From Lingula anatina (lineage: Eukaryota > Animalia > Brachiopoda): DNA of 64,000 nt. A program made the translations under genes and the position numbers. The stretch covers positions 7,998,001 through 8,062,000 of the forward strand of contig CM120640.1 in NCBI GenBank assembly GCA_051362555.1, written 5' to 3'. The notes under the pieces are model-generated. The model did no database searches and had not been told where the DNA came from. It saw only the letters and a program-made list of their open reading frames with translations. Shown here one piece after another: positions 40,648 to 53,664 of this stretch. Positions within the stretch are counted from its first letter, which is position 1, and each line of letters begins with the position of its first letter.

Positions 40648-43600
40648 AAAATTACAGGCCACTTCGCCATACCTACAATACTCCCAACTGTGTGGTCATA
40701 GTTAGGCATGCCTTTATTAGCACCGGTCCTCTGCCACTTGTAATTTGCACTGGACCATGCCACTGAATAACCACAATCAAAGCCATCGAATGTACATGGA
40801 GCCCCCAATCCTAAATCTAAAAAAAAGTACAAACGCGTGTTGTTAAGCACGTTTGTAGGCATCGGGTTTTCGTTTCAGTCATAAGTGAGATATTGGTTTA
40901 CTTGCCGACGGGAATAACAAAGAATGGTATTTGCACTGGAGGACACGTGTCTTCGATTATTAAACTGTAATTTCTGAACAATGTCCCCGATTTTCAGACG
41001 TGTGTTTGATTATTAAAGTGTAAATGTCGATAATATTTTAATGTTGTCAGGGGATACATATAGCATAACAGTGACATCGTACCTGGCTCTGATACTACGG
41101 GCACAGCAGATGTGACGGTCGTGGACACTGAAGAGCTTGGGGAGGGCGTGTTAATCACTGCTGGTACTGGAACATATGTAAGCTTTACCAATTAAGTACC
41201 AAATGAGAAACTTATTCCTTTTTTCAATTTTTGAGGGTAAACAGAACAAGATACACAAAGTAAGCTTGATAGCCCCTAACTGTGGTAAAAGCAAAAAGTA
41301 TCAAATATGAATTCATGTACGTAAACATTTGAATACTCAGTTTCTTTGTTTTTATTCATTTATTTATTTATTTGTCTTGTTGTTACCTGTGCAGGGTGGA
41401 GTAGAACAATCGCATCCGTAGAAAAGTACGTCATCAACAGAGACGACCTTGCCAAAGGTAAAACCTGGTTTCATTTGTGCCCGAATCTGGACCTATTAAG
41501 ACAAAAAATAAAGACTTCTTAACTTAGATAAATTACTTTAAGGAGCTTAACGAATTGCAACAGGGCAAGACAAGACTTATCCTCTTTAGAAGTGTTTTTT
41601 TACTGAAAGATATTACAAAACCTGTCAGCTTAAAATTTTGTTCTTCCACAGGAATGCCCTTGGGATTGTATAGATCAGCATTTTATTGAATTATAATGAC
41701 GATTTTAGTCAGTTAAACCTGAACTTGGATGCATTTTTAATACATTCTATAAGCATGTATTTGACAACAAAAACCCGGCTGAATAGCTGAGTACCTGGAA
41801 TCGTCCCCCAGAAGAGAACTGACTAAGATCTAAAACACCACTGGATTCCCAACCATTGGTGGCTCCATTGCCTGGTTTGTACCAAATCCTGTTTTGTTGA
41901 ACTAGATTCAAAGTTAGTACATACACAGCTAGACTTATGTCGTCACTGTTGAAATAGTAGAAGAACGACATGGAACAAGGTCGATTTGTCTGAGATACTA
42001 CCGGTGACGTCATACTTGTTGTTTGTTGGCCGGATGTTCCCCTCGACCACTTTGCCATCATGAATTGTCCTTTAGAACCTGGAGTACAAAAGGGTGAAAG
42101 TTTCTTGAATGTTAACAATATGCCAATGTGCCAAGAAAAAAGTCATGCTAAAACGCATAACTTTAAAATAATTACAGCTAAAAACAAAGGGGAATTCGTC
42201 GCAAAGAACGAGGAAATAAGTTGAGTATGAGGGGTAACAAGGTTTCAAGCGTATAATCAATCTATATTTTTTTTTGTGAAATGAGGTATAACAAACATAC
42301 GAAATTAAATTTTCTACTAGACAAGACTTCCCTATATGCTGACACATCTGCAACTATTCGCAAATAACTGACAATCGTCCTTACCAAATACTCTCCCTAT
42401 GGTATGATCTTCTGTTGGGAGACCTTTATTCATACCGACCATCAGCCACTTGAAACTGTCTGGCATGTCCGCAGTGACGGTGTAATCGCACATGGCTCCA
42501 TCGAATGTACATGGAGCTCCAAACCCTGGGGCTCAAGATAATTTTGGAATCAATACAAAAATTAGCGAATATTTTCCATGTTGTATAGTATATTTCAAAT
42601 GACGTAAAGTGACAAGTTAAATCTTCTCATACATCAAATAAAATTTACAGCATAATGAACTTTACCAAGAAAGCACTAGTATAGCTAATTGTCTTTTTGC
42701 CATTGCGATATAAATATAAAAGAAGACCATCTCACCTTTTACCGCAGGAGTTGCCCCTGTCGATGAAGTGATACGCTGCACCGTTGATGGAGTCGTTGAT
42801 GGAGTCAGTGTTGGCGGGGTGGTAGATGTTGAAAAAGTACCAGTTACTGGACCTATAGTACGAGACAAGATGTGTTTGTTCGCGTATATACCTGTAGCTA
42901 AACCATCAAACAATCATTTTTTAAATAAGTATTTTAACTCAATTCATGTTATGTACGGTGAAGGGTGTATAAAGAGCCTGCGGATTTATTCACACTGACT
43001 ACATCCTTTTGAACGGGAGAAAGCCACATCATGTGCTATAGGCTTAGAAGTAAAATATTAATGGTACCTTTACATGGAGGAATAGCACAATTGCATCCAC
43101 TGAATGAAACGTCGTCAATGGATACAACCTTGGAAAACAAATACTTGGATTCCAGTTGGGCTTGAATCATTACCTAAATAGAAATGTAAGACACCATTCA
43201 AGAAAAAGTCTTCATACATGTACGATGTCGGCTTGTCTTATTTAGAGAATGTAAGTGATATTTTTCAAGAAATTGTTAGTCAAAATAATTGGAAGACAAA
43301 CAAAAATGTTTTGAGCATAAATAATCCAGGTTTTACTTACCTGGAAGTCCCCTTTATTAGAAAGAGAACTGATATCAATAGATCCACTACTTGTCCAAGA
43401 TTGCGCCATGCCTTTATTGACCCACATCTGGTTTTGCTGATTTGTTGATAGCGTTTTTACAAAAACTGTTAGTGTTATTTGGTCGTTGTTAAGGTAATAA
43501 TAAAACTCCATGCTACACGGAGTAATGGTTTGTGAAATAACCGGTGATAATATGGTTGCTTTCTGGCCGTTAGCATTACCACTTGTCCATTTGGCTGTGA

Positions 43601-46600
43601 GAAATTCTCCCTTTGACCCTATGTGAGACAAATATATCGATTTAAGCATTAAACGTGATTTATACAATGGTTAATCAATAAAGGTGGTGTAGTGTATGAA
43701 ACAAGACATTTTTCACAGCAGTTTAAGACGTAGGATACCTTTACAAGCATTTACAAATCCACTGTTACGAGACACAAACGACTTAACAGAATATGGCGAA
43801 TTTTATTACAGTCACTATCTGCAGTAACTTGGAACACGTGACATAAGCTTTTTGGAGATTTCTCGGTTCCCAGAGCAGCTGTTTAAACCTCTCTTACGAC
43901 ATCATCTTGCAATTGTTATAGCAAAATGTTGGTATCTATAGCTTTTAAGAACTTCTTTTGAGGTGCACCCGAGATTTTATAACTATCACGCAGTGATATA
44001 AGCAAAACACAGTTGTCAGTCTAATTGTTAGTCAATGCAAACGCACTTAGTCAACTCTAAACACCTCTTGTCAAAGATTGCTAGTTAATGACATCTTTCA
44101 GGTTTTCTTAAAGTGGACTCTTTTGAATTAATTCTCATTTTCTATTAAATTGCCCTGTCTTTCAGGATTATATAAATCGTGACATCGTTTTGAGATGCAC
44201 GCGAGATTGTATAACTTCCACTGATATAAGCAAAACACAGTTGTCAGTCTACATTTAATTCTCAGTGCAAATGTTATTAGTCAGCTCTAAAGACCTCTTG
44301 TCAAAGATTGCTAGTTAATGGCTTCTTTCGGATTTACTTATAGAGTGGCCTTTATTGGATTTATTACCCCCTCACTAAAGCTTTCTAAGGATTTCAAATC
44401 ACGTGTATCACGCAGTAATATAAGAAAAAACATGCTGTAAATGTCAGTCTCAGTGCAAAAGTGCTAAGTCAACTCTAAAGACCTGCCAAAGATTGTTTAT
44501 AATGGCTTCTCATTTTCTATTAAATAACCCTGTCATTCAGGATTATATATATCGTGTCATCGTTGTTACTATCACCGTGTCCCAGTGACATAACTCTCAG
44601 TCAGATTGTACATGTATTATTTTAAATTTTTTATTGCTTATTACACAGGTTTCGGGTTAATAAAGTTATCATATAGGCATGAACTTAGGTTTTCGGGAAC
44701 GCTGAACGCATAGTGTACTTGAGTTTGCTGTATTTCAAATTTCAATTTTAGAGAGCCAGAATTTTTTTCACATATTTAATCGCGCAGCATAACTACAACG
44801 TAAAATGAATTATTTTTCAATGATTTTTTTTTTCTTCCAGGGGTTAAATCTGTGGGACGAGTCCATGTTTTTCAACATAATCAGTGCAAGTTCAGGTTTG
44901 TACATCAAGGGACAAAGGATATACGCTTGAAACAAATGTGATATCCCCACCCCTCCAAACGTTGAAAACAGAAATTTTACACTGCTTGGGTGCAGAACTT
45001 GCTTAAACAATTAAGTTATGTTAATTAATATTTTTTAACGTTAACCAGATGTTGACAATTATCATGTACATTTTTGTCATTTGCAAAGATAAGAGTACAA
45101 TTTCTCTTTAAATTTGCAGCAGACTTCATACACTGTCATGAAAAAAATATTGATTTGTTCATTTGATAAAAATATCATCAAATGACAAATAATTCTTAAT
45201 TAAACACAAAAAGAGTGAAAAAAAAACACCAAGGCATAATTTTCGGTGAAAGTAAGATACCCCCAACCTTATGAGGCATAAAGTATTCAACGCGTCAAAC
45301 GCATATTTTTCATTATTCAAAATCATACCGAATATAAGACCATGTGTGTGTTCTTTGTGTGGCAATCCTTTGTTATTTCCTATCTTCTGCCATTTAAATC
45401 TGTCTTCATCGGAAGTTAAAGAATAACCACACAGGCTGCCATCAAAGTTGCACGGTGACCCATAATCTGTAAAAAGTTGGCATGGTGTTATTCGTTGTAC
45501 ACAATGGGTACGTCCAAGGAGATAATAAATTATATCAATCAGTAAACTAGAAGCATTTGATGTTATCGTTTGCGTACAGGACTGCATAAGTGTGTCATTG
45601 GTTCGTTTTTTGTCCAAGTATTGTTTCTTTAACAGACGTGTCTAAGTAACACCTTTAATCAAGTTGCTCATTTCATTCCCTGACTTATCATTAAAATCTG
45701 TCTGTGCGTCCGTATCCATTTAAATGCTCAGGGTGAGATACCGAGATAAAGATTAAATCTCATGATCCATCAGCGTCCACGGACCCGACTTTACATATAA
45801 ATCAGTCGCTGTAAAATAATTTTGGTCCAAATTATCCCACCTCTTGCCGAGTGTCTCTTGGCATCTTATGCATTAACAATGATATATTTTATTTAAGGTC
45901 TAAATCAATCTCAAATGTTCAGTAAACTTTGCATAAAAACAAGTACTTAAGAAAAATTACCAAAATATGTAAAAAAAAAAAAAATTAAAAATATTAAGAT
46001 TCCTAACTCTTACATTAAACCAATTTCAATTAAGATAATCCTTTTTTTAAAAAAAAAGCCTTATTCTCATATGCTATTGCCAACCTAAGCCTAAACTGGA
46101 AAAATAAGAGACTCGGGCTATGTGAGATCTTTGAGCTACATTGTAACAAACTTGACGTTTGATGAGGATCGATTCATTTACACAGATGTGGTCTAATATG
46201 TGGAGACTGAGGCAGTGTTGATTTTCCATACAGAAAATTCAAATAAGTTTGAATCCAATTATGTTCAATTATGTTGATGGCGAGTTGACGTACGACAAAT
46301 CACTAATTTTTTGTGTTTTGGTGGTATAAATTTGGTTATCTAAACAGTCGGGACTGGAAGATTCCTTAAGTAATGATTCGACCAAAAGAAAAAAAAGCGT
46401 TGACCGCAGAAGAATAAAATAGTTTCATTATTTATAGATAACGGATATTCCAGAATCTGATTCATTTCAAACATAATTCAACAGAAGCGAAGATACATAT
46501 ATTTGAAAAAAAAAATACTCAGGAGAAATAAAGAAAGCTAATCAACCTTTAATAATAATCGAAAATAAGTATGTTACCCGAAAGAGAAGTTGGCATCGAG

Positions 46601-47643
46601 GTAGTAATTTTCATCGAAGTTGTCGTACTAGATGTGGTGGAAGACGTGGTCGTAGTTTTGAGAGTAGACACAGTTGTTGATGAGGTTGGATTTACAGGGC
46701 CTGCGCCATTGCCTAGAGAAATAAAAATCGAAAATGTACAGCTAAGGATGACCAATACCATGCATTGACGTGTTCTGTTAAATCAAATCAATTTGATTCA
46801 AGGCGTTCTTCTTATACAACAGATAATAATACTGCTTCATATTCACATCTACTACTCTATATCTACCCATTGTAAGTATTATAAAGTAAGAAAACGTACC
46901 ACAGCCAGTGAATGTTACATCGTCGATGGATACAGTCTTACTAAAAGCATAACCAGGCTTTATTTGGGCTTGAATCAGAACCTGAATAATGAATGGAAAT
47001 ATGCATTAAACATCTCGTATACAACAGTAGATAAAACTGGAATGTATGGGTTTTTCAGTTGCATTAACTACATCAGATTCATGAAGATCAAAATGTTTTC
47101 TTTCCTGAAAGTAATGGATACCGAAAAATGAAAAAAAGTCTTGATACACAATAAAAATACTAGTCTGAAATTGATATCCTTGCTATCACAAACCTGAAAG
47201 TCTCCTAAGTTGGAGAAAGAAGTGATGTCAATTGGTCCGCTGTATGTCCAATCAGTCCCTTTTACTTGGTGGGCCCATATTTGTTTTGTCTGTTGCGTTG
47301 ATACTGTTTTCACATGTGCAGTTAATGATATTCTGTCACTGTTCATGTAATAATAAAATCCTATGCTGCATGGAACATTTGTCTGAGGAATACGTGGTGA
47401 TGTTATAATTGCTTTCTGGTTTCCTGCAGTACCACTTCCCCACTTGACTGTAAGGAACTGACCATTAGAACCTTGGGTACGAAAACAAAAATGTTATCCA
47501 CCAAACGTTGTCGTGCAATGGAGTGTGGAAAAATTATATAATAACCCTTTCGAGTCAGCCTTTCATTTCAATGCAGTTTTGCAATAGCCAGAGCAGATTT
47601 CAAAGGGTATCGGAACATTTCCACTATACCTTCTCACATACAG

Positions 47644-47681
<38 letters not shown>

Positions 47682-48539
47682 AGAGGGGAGAGAAAAAAAT
47701 ACCTTTTGGGCCAACTGTGTGGTCTGCATATGGAAATCCTTGATTTTTTCCAATCTGTTGCCATTTAAATCTATCTTCACCTGAAGACAACGAGTACCCA
47801 CATAAGGGTCCATCAAAATTACACGTGACTCCAGACCCTGAAAATAACAAAAACGGTCTCACGTCGATCGAATCTACATGTATATCGTTTGTGTCAGAAT
47901 GCGATTCGAAAGGGTAAGAAATATCATCCATTTGGAGTAAAATAGGCCTATAACCTCTCTACGAACTGAGCATCTCAGATCTTAATCATTTTATGTGCAT
48001 GGTTGGGTGTGGGCGGACCTTGAAGAATCCCACTGTATTGCCTTAAATATAAAATATGTGATTGTTAACACGCGTTTAGAAAACATTACAGTTTTAAAAA
48101 TGTGTAATAAACGTTAAGGTGATACATATTCATCTTTTGGCAATTAAAGACAAAGGAGCAATGCTTGTTCCACATGTACTGCATCTCCACAATCATAGGT
48201 TCAGATAGATATCAGACATAGAGAAAAATTAACAAATAGACGCACTGACAACAAACAGATACCCGAGCGTACGGCAAGGACGAAGCTGAAGGGGTGACCG
48301 GTACGACTGCTAACTCACATAATTTCCGTCAGGGAATTTTAACCGTAGATGACTATAACATAATTAGCTATGGGGATATAAAAATATGAAACACACAGAA
48401 GAGAACGAAACCAACTAATCTCTTCGATCAGTCTAAATCTTCCAGTCAAAAATAGTCCCCAATAGTGCTGAAACTTACCAAGAGCGTTTTTTGCACAGAA
48501 AAGCACCACCGCAACACTTATTAGCAGCGTGTTAATCAT
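30927..48539 (-). CDS. Type-I membrane protein with six MAM domains separated by Thr/Ser/Pro-rich linkers; 26 exons, ~1415 aa
   Basis: Exons (minus strand): 48539-48479 (signal peptide), 47837-47703, 47471-47194, 46981-46900, 46712-46578, 45466-45329, 43618-43341, 43173-43068, 42852-42736, 42525-42385, 42078-41795, 41492-41387, 41166-41083, 40816-40673, 39648-39365, 38200-38095, 36814-36698, 36486-36346, 36041-35758, 35387-35282, 35041-34958, 34678-34535, 33477-33194, 32185-32080, 31899-31795, 31324-30927 (TM and tail). All introns are GT-AG with consistent phases; total 4248 nt. MAM motifs CxFD..CGY, W, DHT.G, G.F, SP, C..FYY, W, SIDDV.F.GC. A few acceptors have nearby in-frame alternatives. 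Confidence 0.9.
31449..31591. mobile_element. Harbinger-type hairpin MITE, 143 bp, in the last intron of the MAM gene
   Basis: ~59-bp near-perfect TIR GGCT(A/C)CGTATCTCGAAA..TTCGCTATGTTGCGCACGTG; CTG duplicated at 31446-31448 and 31592-31594. Confidence 0.88.
32064..36881 (-). repeat. Intragenic tandem duplication, unit B (8 exons; MAM5 and MAM6)
   Basis: Colinear with 38078-42917 across both exons and introns. Confidence 0.95.
36934..37882 (+). mobile_element. PIF/Harbinger non-autonomous element, 949 bp
   Basis: TIR GGCCCGGTTGCACCA / TGGTGCAACCGGGCC with CAG TSD; second copy at 55110-59107. Confidence 0.9.
37905..38064. mobile_element. GC-rich hAT-like MITE, 160 bp, 5-bp TSD
   Basis: TIR CAGGGCCGTAGCCT / AGGCTACGGCCCTG; GTTAC on both flanks. 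Confidence 0.88.
38078..42917 (-). repeat. Intragenic tandem duplication, unit A (8 exons; MAM3 and MAM4)
   Basis: Colinear with 32064-36881. Confidence 0.95.
39089..39245. mobile_element. Harbinger/Tourist-like MITE, 157 bp
   Basis: TIR GGCCCCATTCAGAATA; TAA/TTA flanks; absent from the duplicated intron (empty site TTATCTAA-TTGACAACTC near 33073). Confidence 0.9.
43960..44725 (+). repeat. Dispersed repeat with three ~210-230-bp diverged tandem units
   Basis: Units start near 43960, 44190 and 44400 (GATATAAGCAAAACACAGTTGTCAGTCT...CTCTTGTCAAAGATTGCTAGTTAATG); the last unit and its tail match 17097-17435. Confidence 0.8.
47645..47683. repeat. (CA)n(GA)n microsatellite
   Basis: Directly visible. 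Confidence 0.95.
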
Positions 48540-50428
48540 CTTGATCCCCACTATTCTCCCTCGCGCAGTCTCTGTCAGACCGGAACAGAGGGGAGTGGTG
48601 GCCTGCCGAAGTGTCCCAGTTTAGACACAACAAGGGGTGGCACGGGGAGCCCGCTTCTCAGCTATCTCAGCAGTACATATTTGATTTTGTTGACCTTCAC
48701 GATAAAGAGGCGGGGTTGTATAAGATTTCCTAACCGGATTCAAATATCGTTTTTCTTAAGACGTCATATGGTGTTTTGTTTTTAAATCATAAGCAATATA
48801 ATCTCAGAGAGGGCGAATCTGACAGGAGATTATAGAAAACGTGTTATTTCAACACCTATGTTTAATCCTTAAAAGGAACTTTGCTTGCTTCTTTAAATCT
48901 GGGGGCTAACTGGTTTGTCAATTATTAATATAAAGTAAGCATCAGTGCACTTCAAAAGATCAAAACTACACATCGTCTCAGTAAATAATGGGAACTGCGA
49001 CCTTGAGGGATACATGTAACTAAGGCCCTTTAAATCCATCCAGCATTGAACATCAGCGTTTGATATGATATGTTTTTTCAACAAAAGTTATGACCACTCA
49101 TTATGTCAGGGTCTCGCAAGACATCATCAAATTGAGGCTGTGGTTGTTAGAATAATCTCTACCCAGATGTACAGCTACCGGTAGTGTAGTTTACCTGTGT
49201 TGAAAGAAACATTATGATCTAGAACCCATATTTTGTAATACACTAAGCCATCATCATAATGACGGCTACGAAGGAGCGGTTGATGCATTCAAGTTACTAT
49301 ACTTAGATTCAAATGCACCAAATAATCTCCTAACCGCATTCATGCTCTAATCTCCATGTCGTTATCGCCAAAGCAGGGCTCGTTGGTGCTAGGTGCTACC
49401 AGTTAGACACTGTCCTTGCACAATATGATAACGCGTGTGTATAAGGTGATCGTACAATAGGACACTATGTCATTTACGATAACAGTAGATGCTACACTGT
49501 TTTCTGAAAGATTCAGGGGGTGGGTAGCCCACCCACCCCCTTTTCCCATTCAAATATCGGACTCGGCCTTTGGGTGTGTCCCTTACCGAAAGAGTAGACC
49601 CACTGGTCTGAGACCCACAAAAATACTGTTAAATACCTCAAATGTCCATATATTTCCCTAATGTCTCATAACCTGGATCCCCTAGTGTTCTACCAGTCCC
49701 CCCAGACTCCCGTGGATAACAGGTGTATGCTTAACATAAAGAGATGACAACTCTTCACTTTGGCGGGAAAAGTGTCATAAAACGGATTTTCTGGGGGTAA
49801 AGACAATTTATCATACTTTCCAAGGGTTAATGAATCCGGTTCGGCATTCAAAGTGAATCGATTAATTATTTTAAGTGTGGTTAGTGGGAATAACCATTTT
49901 AGAGAATATTACGGAAGGTTGCCATCTATGAAGGTCCACGTGGTCCATTGGCAAGCACAGATTCCAGAATGCTTGCGATAGCCGCGGTTTTGGTGGTAAA
50001 ATGGAATTTATTATACTTCTATGTGTTGTTTATAATGTATTTATCTTGGACTTTTGAATCTTATTTGAAGAGATGTTATCCCTTTAATATACAGTGGTAA
50101 TGAAGACGCCACGGTACCTTAGTCACTCGAAAGATAATACAATTAATGATCTACATATCACATCTGCTGTATGTAGAACAGTTTAAATGTGTTTTGTTAT
50201 TTGTTTTCTGTATATTTGCAAGTCGATCCCGTTTCTTAGCGATTTGTAAATTCTCCATTTTTGTCGATGTGTGGTTTATGGTTAATTTCTTGTTCTTTGG
50301 AGCTGACACACCAGATTAATAGCACAACAAAATAACCCACGCCAAACGAGAAATAGCAGTTGCGTGAAGCGCTTGTCATGGCTTCGCCACGTGTCTAAAC
50401 ATCATCGACCACGTGCTATACAGGTATG

Positions 50429-50434
<6 letters not shown>

Positions 50435-50514
<80 letters not shown>
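50435..50514. repeat. Compound (CT)n(AT)n microsatellite
   Basis: Directly visible. Confidence 0.95.
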
Positions 50515-50517
<3 letters not shown>

Positions 50518-52525
50518 TTTCCAGGCATGAGCGCCCCATCTATTATTTTGTTTCTTTTACTAATTTTTTTACATTCTGTCTCAAACCAATATCAGCACCA
50601 GCATGTCAAACACTATAATATACAGCTTGTTCAGCAATCGATCTTATCGTATTCAGTAGGAAATATAAGGTTGCTCTTAGTGGAGGTGTCACGGCAGTTT
50701 CTAGATAAGGTGAGGGCGTGGGTTCCGGGAAGCAGAATATATGGAAATGATTAAGTATTTTGAGACATGAAGGACAATGACCATGATCACTTGGGATGAT
50801 ATTAATAATAAAGAGAAGTGTTGGGAAAGTGAATTAAGAATGAAGGGCAGAGGCGTTTTGGAGAGCAAAAAGACAGAAAATGAAACCGAGTGTTTATTTC
50901 GTGAGCAGGCCTTGTGAGAAAAGGGAAATGACAAATGAAGTAAAAAGCCAGATGAGCTGTGTGAGTTGTCGGTCGCCAGGAAAGGTAGATTGGAAATAGA
51001 ATCGGTGGAGGAAAACGGAAAACGGTCGCCAATGTTTGGAGATGAGGCGTCGCATGATGATGGAGCACTTAGAACTCTGCAGCTTTTCAGCTTTCATTCT
51101 TTAAGAAATAAAGAAATAAAAAAAAGAAAAGAAAGAACGGAATGGTCTTTATTATTCATATTTACATATAATCTCCCCTTCGCCTAAAGCTGAAATGGTC
51201 TCTTGCAATGTGTTAGGTGAGAGCCAATACTAAATGATACGATTTTCACTTCTTTTCCTCGCACAGTCGTATATTCCAATGCGTGAACGCATTCGTTGTC
51301 ACAGCTCCATCGGCTCCAATAGGATAACGGTCTAAAGCACTTGTGGATCCATAATTTGAGTAAAGGGAAAGGGGGCAGAGTCAATAGCAAATAGAACACA
51401 TCTGACGAGGGCTCCTTCTAGGACACAGGGAATTAAAATTGCTCAGTTTGGCGTTGTGTCTTGAGGGAAAAAGGGGGTGCCTGGGAAAGATGGGGCGGGG
51501 GGGGGGGGGGCAGCTAGTCCACTGTAACCTCTCCCCTTCATCTACATGTACCTTTACCTTGTTATAGATCTACGTCCCGACTGTGTTGTTCTCCCGGTGG
51601 TATAACTATTAAAGATGAATTTAACTTTAGTGATTATAAATATTTTGGAAGGGGGTTTACTAGTTAGAAGTACATGTTTTGATTTATATTTACAGTCATC
51701 AGAGGCAATTTCTAAAGTATTTCAACTAAGAAACTCTTTAACATAGTATTACTTGGTTGAGACCAATTGTATTCATTATAGCCATTTCAGAATATATCCC
51801 TGGGTTCTTTTAGAGTGTCAGCTTTCAGAACTTCAGATTGGTTGCATGGAGATCTTTGGAAAAATTATAATTGACTATAACCCTAAGCTCCTTTTATGTC
51901 CAGGCACTTAAATTAAGACATAAGATGCGAGAGTTTTATGATTGCATCATTTACTATCATTCTCCATTCTTCGTTATTGTTCACTACGAATACAATGCAA
52001 TACTATACAATGCAATAGAATTAATTTTTATTGGGGTATTTTGTTCTTCATTTTATTGACACTTTATTTTGTTTTATTTATTCATCAATAATTTATTTAT
52101 TTATTTATCCATTGAAATTCTACATGTATGTAGATAAAGACTGAGAAGATAAAAAGACACCAAGGTCTGCCGTCGGATTAGGACCCTCATTAAAATCAGT
52201 CTGTGCGTCCGTATCCATTTAAATGCTCAGGGTGAGATACCGAGATAAAGATTAAATCTCATGATCCATCAGCGTCCACGGACCCGACTTTACTTATAAA
52301 TCAGTCGCTGTAAAATAATTTTCCACGGGACCAGTGTTATTGCTCGTAATTTGCGAAAGGCGTCATCATAAATACACTAAGCATTGGGTAGTTTACTTAA
52401 TTCTCTAATAGTTGAACCGTACTTAAGTAAGTTAACAGAATCATTTGGAAATTTTTGTAAGAAAATCGCTGAAAAAACAAAAAAGGCATCAGTCCATTGG
52501 TAAAGGGTAATCGGCGATTTCTGAG

Positions 52526-52731
52526 ACCCCATTCCCATAGATTTTAGATCGATCTATCCCTGTGGGGAGTCTCACTAGATTACTGTCAGCTTAGCCGGCT
52601 TAAGCGTCTGTCCCGCCTACTAAAAGCTGTAAGGGGGTAATTAACTATGGTGCGCGCTCGGCTGACTGCAATTTAGCGTGAACCCCCAGGGAGTTAGGTC
52701 GATCTAAATCTAAATCTCTTGGAATGCACCC
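52526..52731. mobile_element. Old hairpin MITE with ~65-bp imperfect inverted arms
   Basis: CATTCC..AGATTTTAGATCGATCTA..TCCCTG.GGGG...GTCAGC at 52530-52595 is the imperfect complement of 52656-52727. Confidence 0.55.
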
Positions 52732-52734
52732 TTA

Positions 52735-53275
52735 GAGGGCCGTGTGGATCACTTCAAATTTCATTGGCTGGACCTTGATGGCGAAATCATCAGTATGGTT
52801 GGAGGGAAGAAGGAGCCGGAAGTCTATAAACTCATTGTTCCAAATTTTTTGTTTCAGTTTGGGTGAAATTAAAGCTCATAAAGGAATGTCGTCGGTTAAA
52901 TCTAAAGGTAGAGCTAAAGTAACATGACTCTCCCCTGTGAAAACATCGTCAACCAGACTGCTGATACTGGGTATCTGCTGTTGAACTTTGGTCTCGTGCA
53001 GAAAGTAGTCGGGGGAAGGAGAAGCGCTCGGCATCTCTGTGTTTGATGCAGTTTGATGAGCAATAATACGCTGTGCCAACAAATCGTAGTCGATAACAGG
53101 AGAAGTGGAGGTTGATTCCGTCTCAGAAGAAAGTGCGGCGGTGTGTCTCGGCTTCTTGCCACCAGTAGCAGTGATGCAGTAGCCGATCGTCTTGTGTTGG
53201 ATAATGACTGCGCATTGGAGACACCCGAATTTCTGGACCGCCTACTACTCCCGGAGTGGTCTTGGGAGGCACGGT
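52735..53275 (-). pseudogene. DIRS/Ngaro-type tyrosine-recombinase retrotransposon gag (ORF1) remnant
   Basis: ORF 52876-53082 continues past one TGA into IPL*ALISPKLKQKIWNNEFIDFRLLL, resembling the PLGxxVSxKxKxKIWxxEYIDxxxLL motif of invertebrate DIRS ORF1; basic Ser/Arg-rich N-terminus upstream. Recognised by eye. Confidence 0.6.
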
Positions 53276-53664
53276 AACTTAAAGACAAAGGAAACAAATA
53301 AGACCACACAAAGGCAGCTGAATGTACATATAACACAATTCAGTAATACATTTTTTTCGGACCAGGTAATTCAAGTAAGTAAACGGAATAAGAGATGTGA
53401 ATAAAAATATACACTTGTACAGAGAACATATACACCCGGCATAGACCCTACGAATAGCCTGGGTGGATATGCCACGAGCCATATTAATATTAAAAGTGTA
53501 AAAACATCTCCCAGTCCGCCGCCAGAGAAAATCCATGCAGGCAACAGCCTACGCTTAGCCGTGCACGTAAAACACAGGGATATCTGGTAAAACCGACAAG
53601 GCAAACACACAAACAGCTGGGTGACTCCCCAGGATAGGAGCATAACAAATCCTCAAAATATAAA

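Noticed and set aside
48540-48551. ORF-track start MGIK for the MAM gene
   Set aside because: The codon at 48551 is GTG; the first ATG is at 48539 and gives a normal signal peptide.
50700-51100. Overlapping minus-strand ORFs, possibly a Penelope-like N-terminal remnant
   Set aside because: No RT or GIY-YIG motif visible; resemblance too weak to call.
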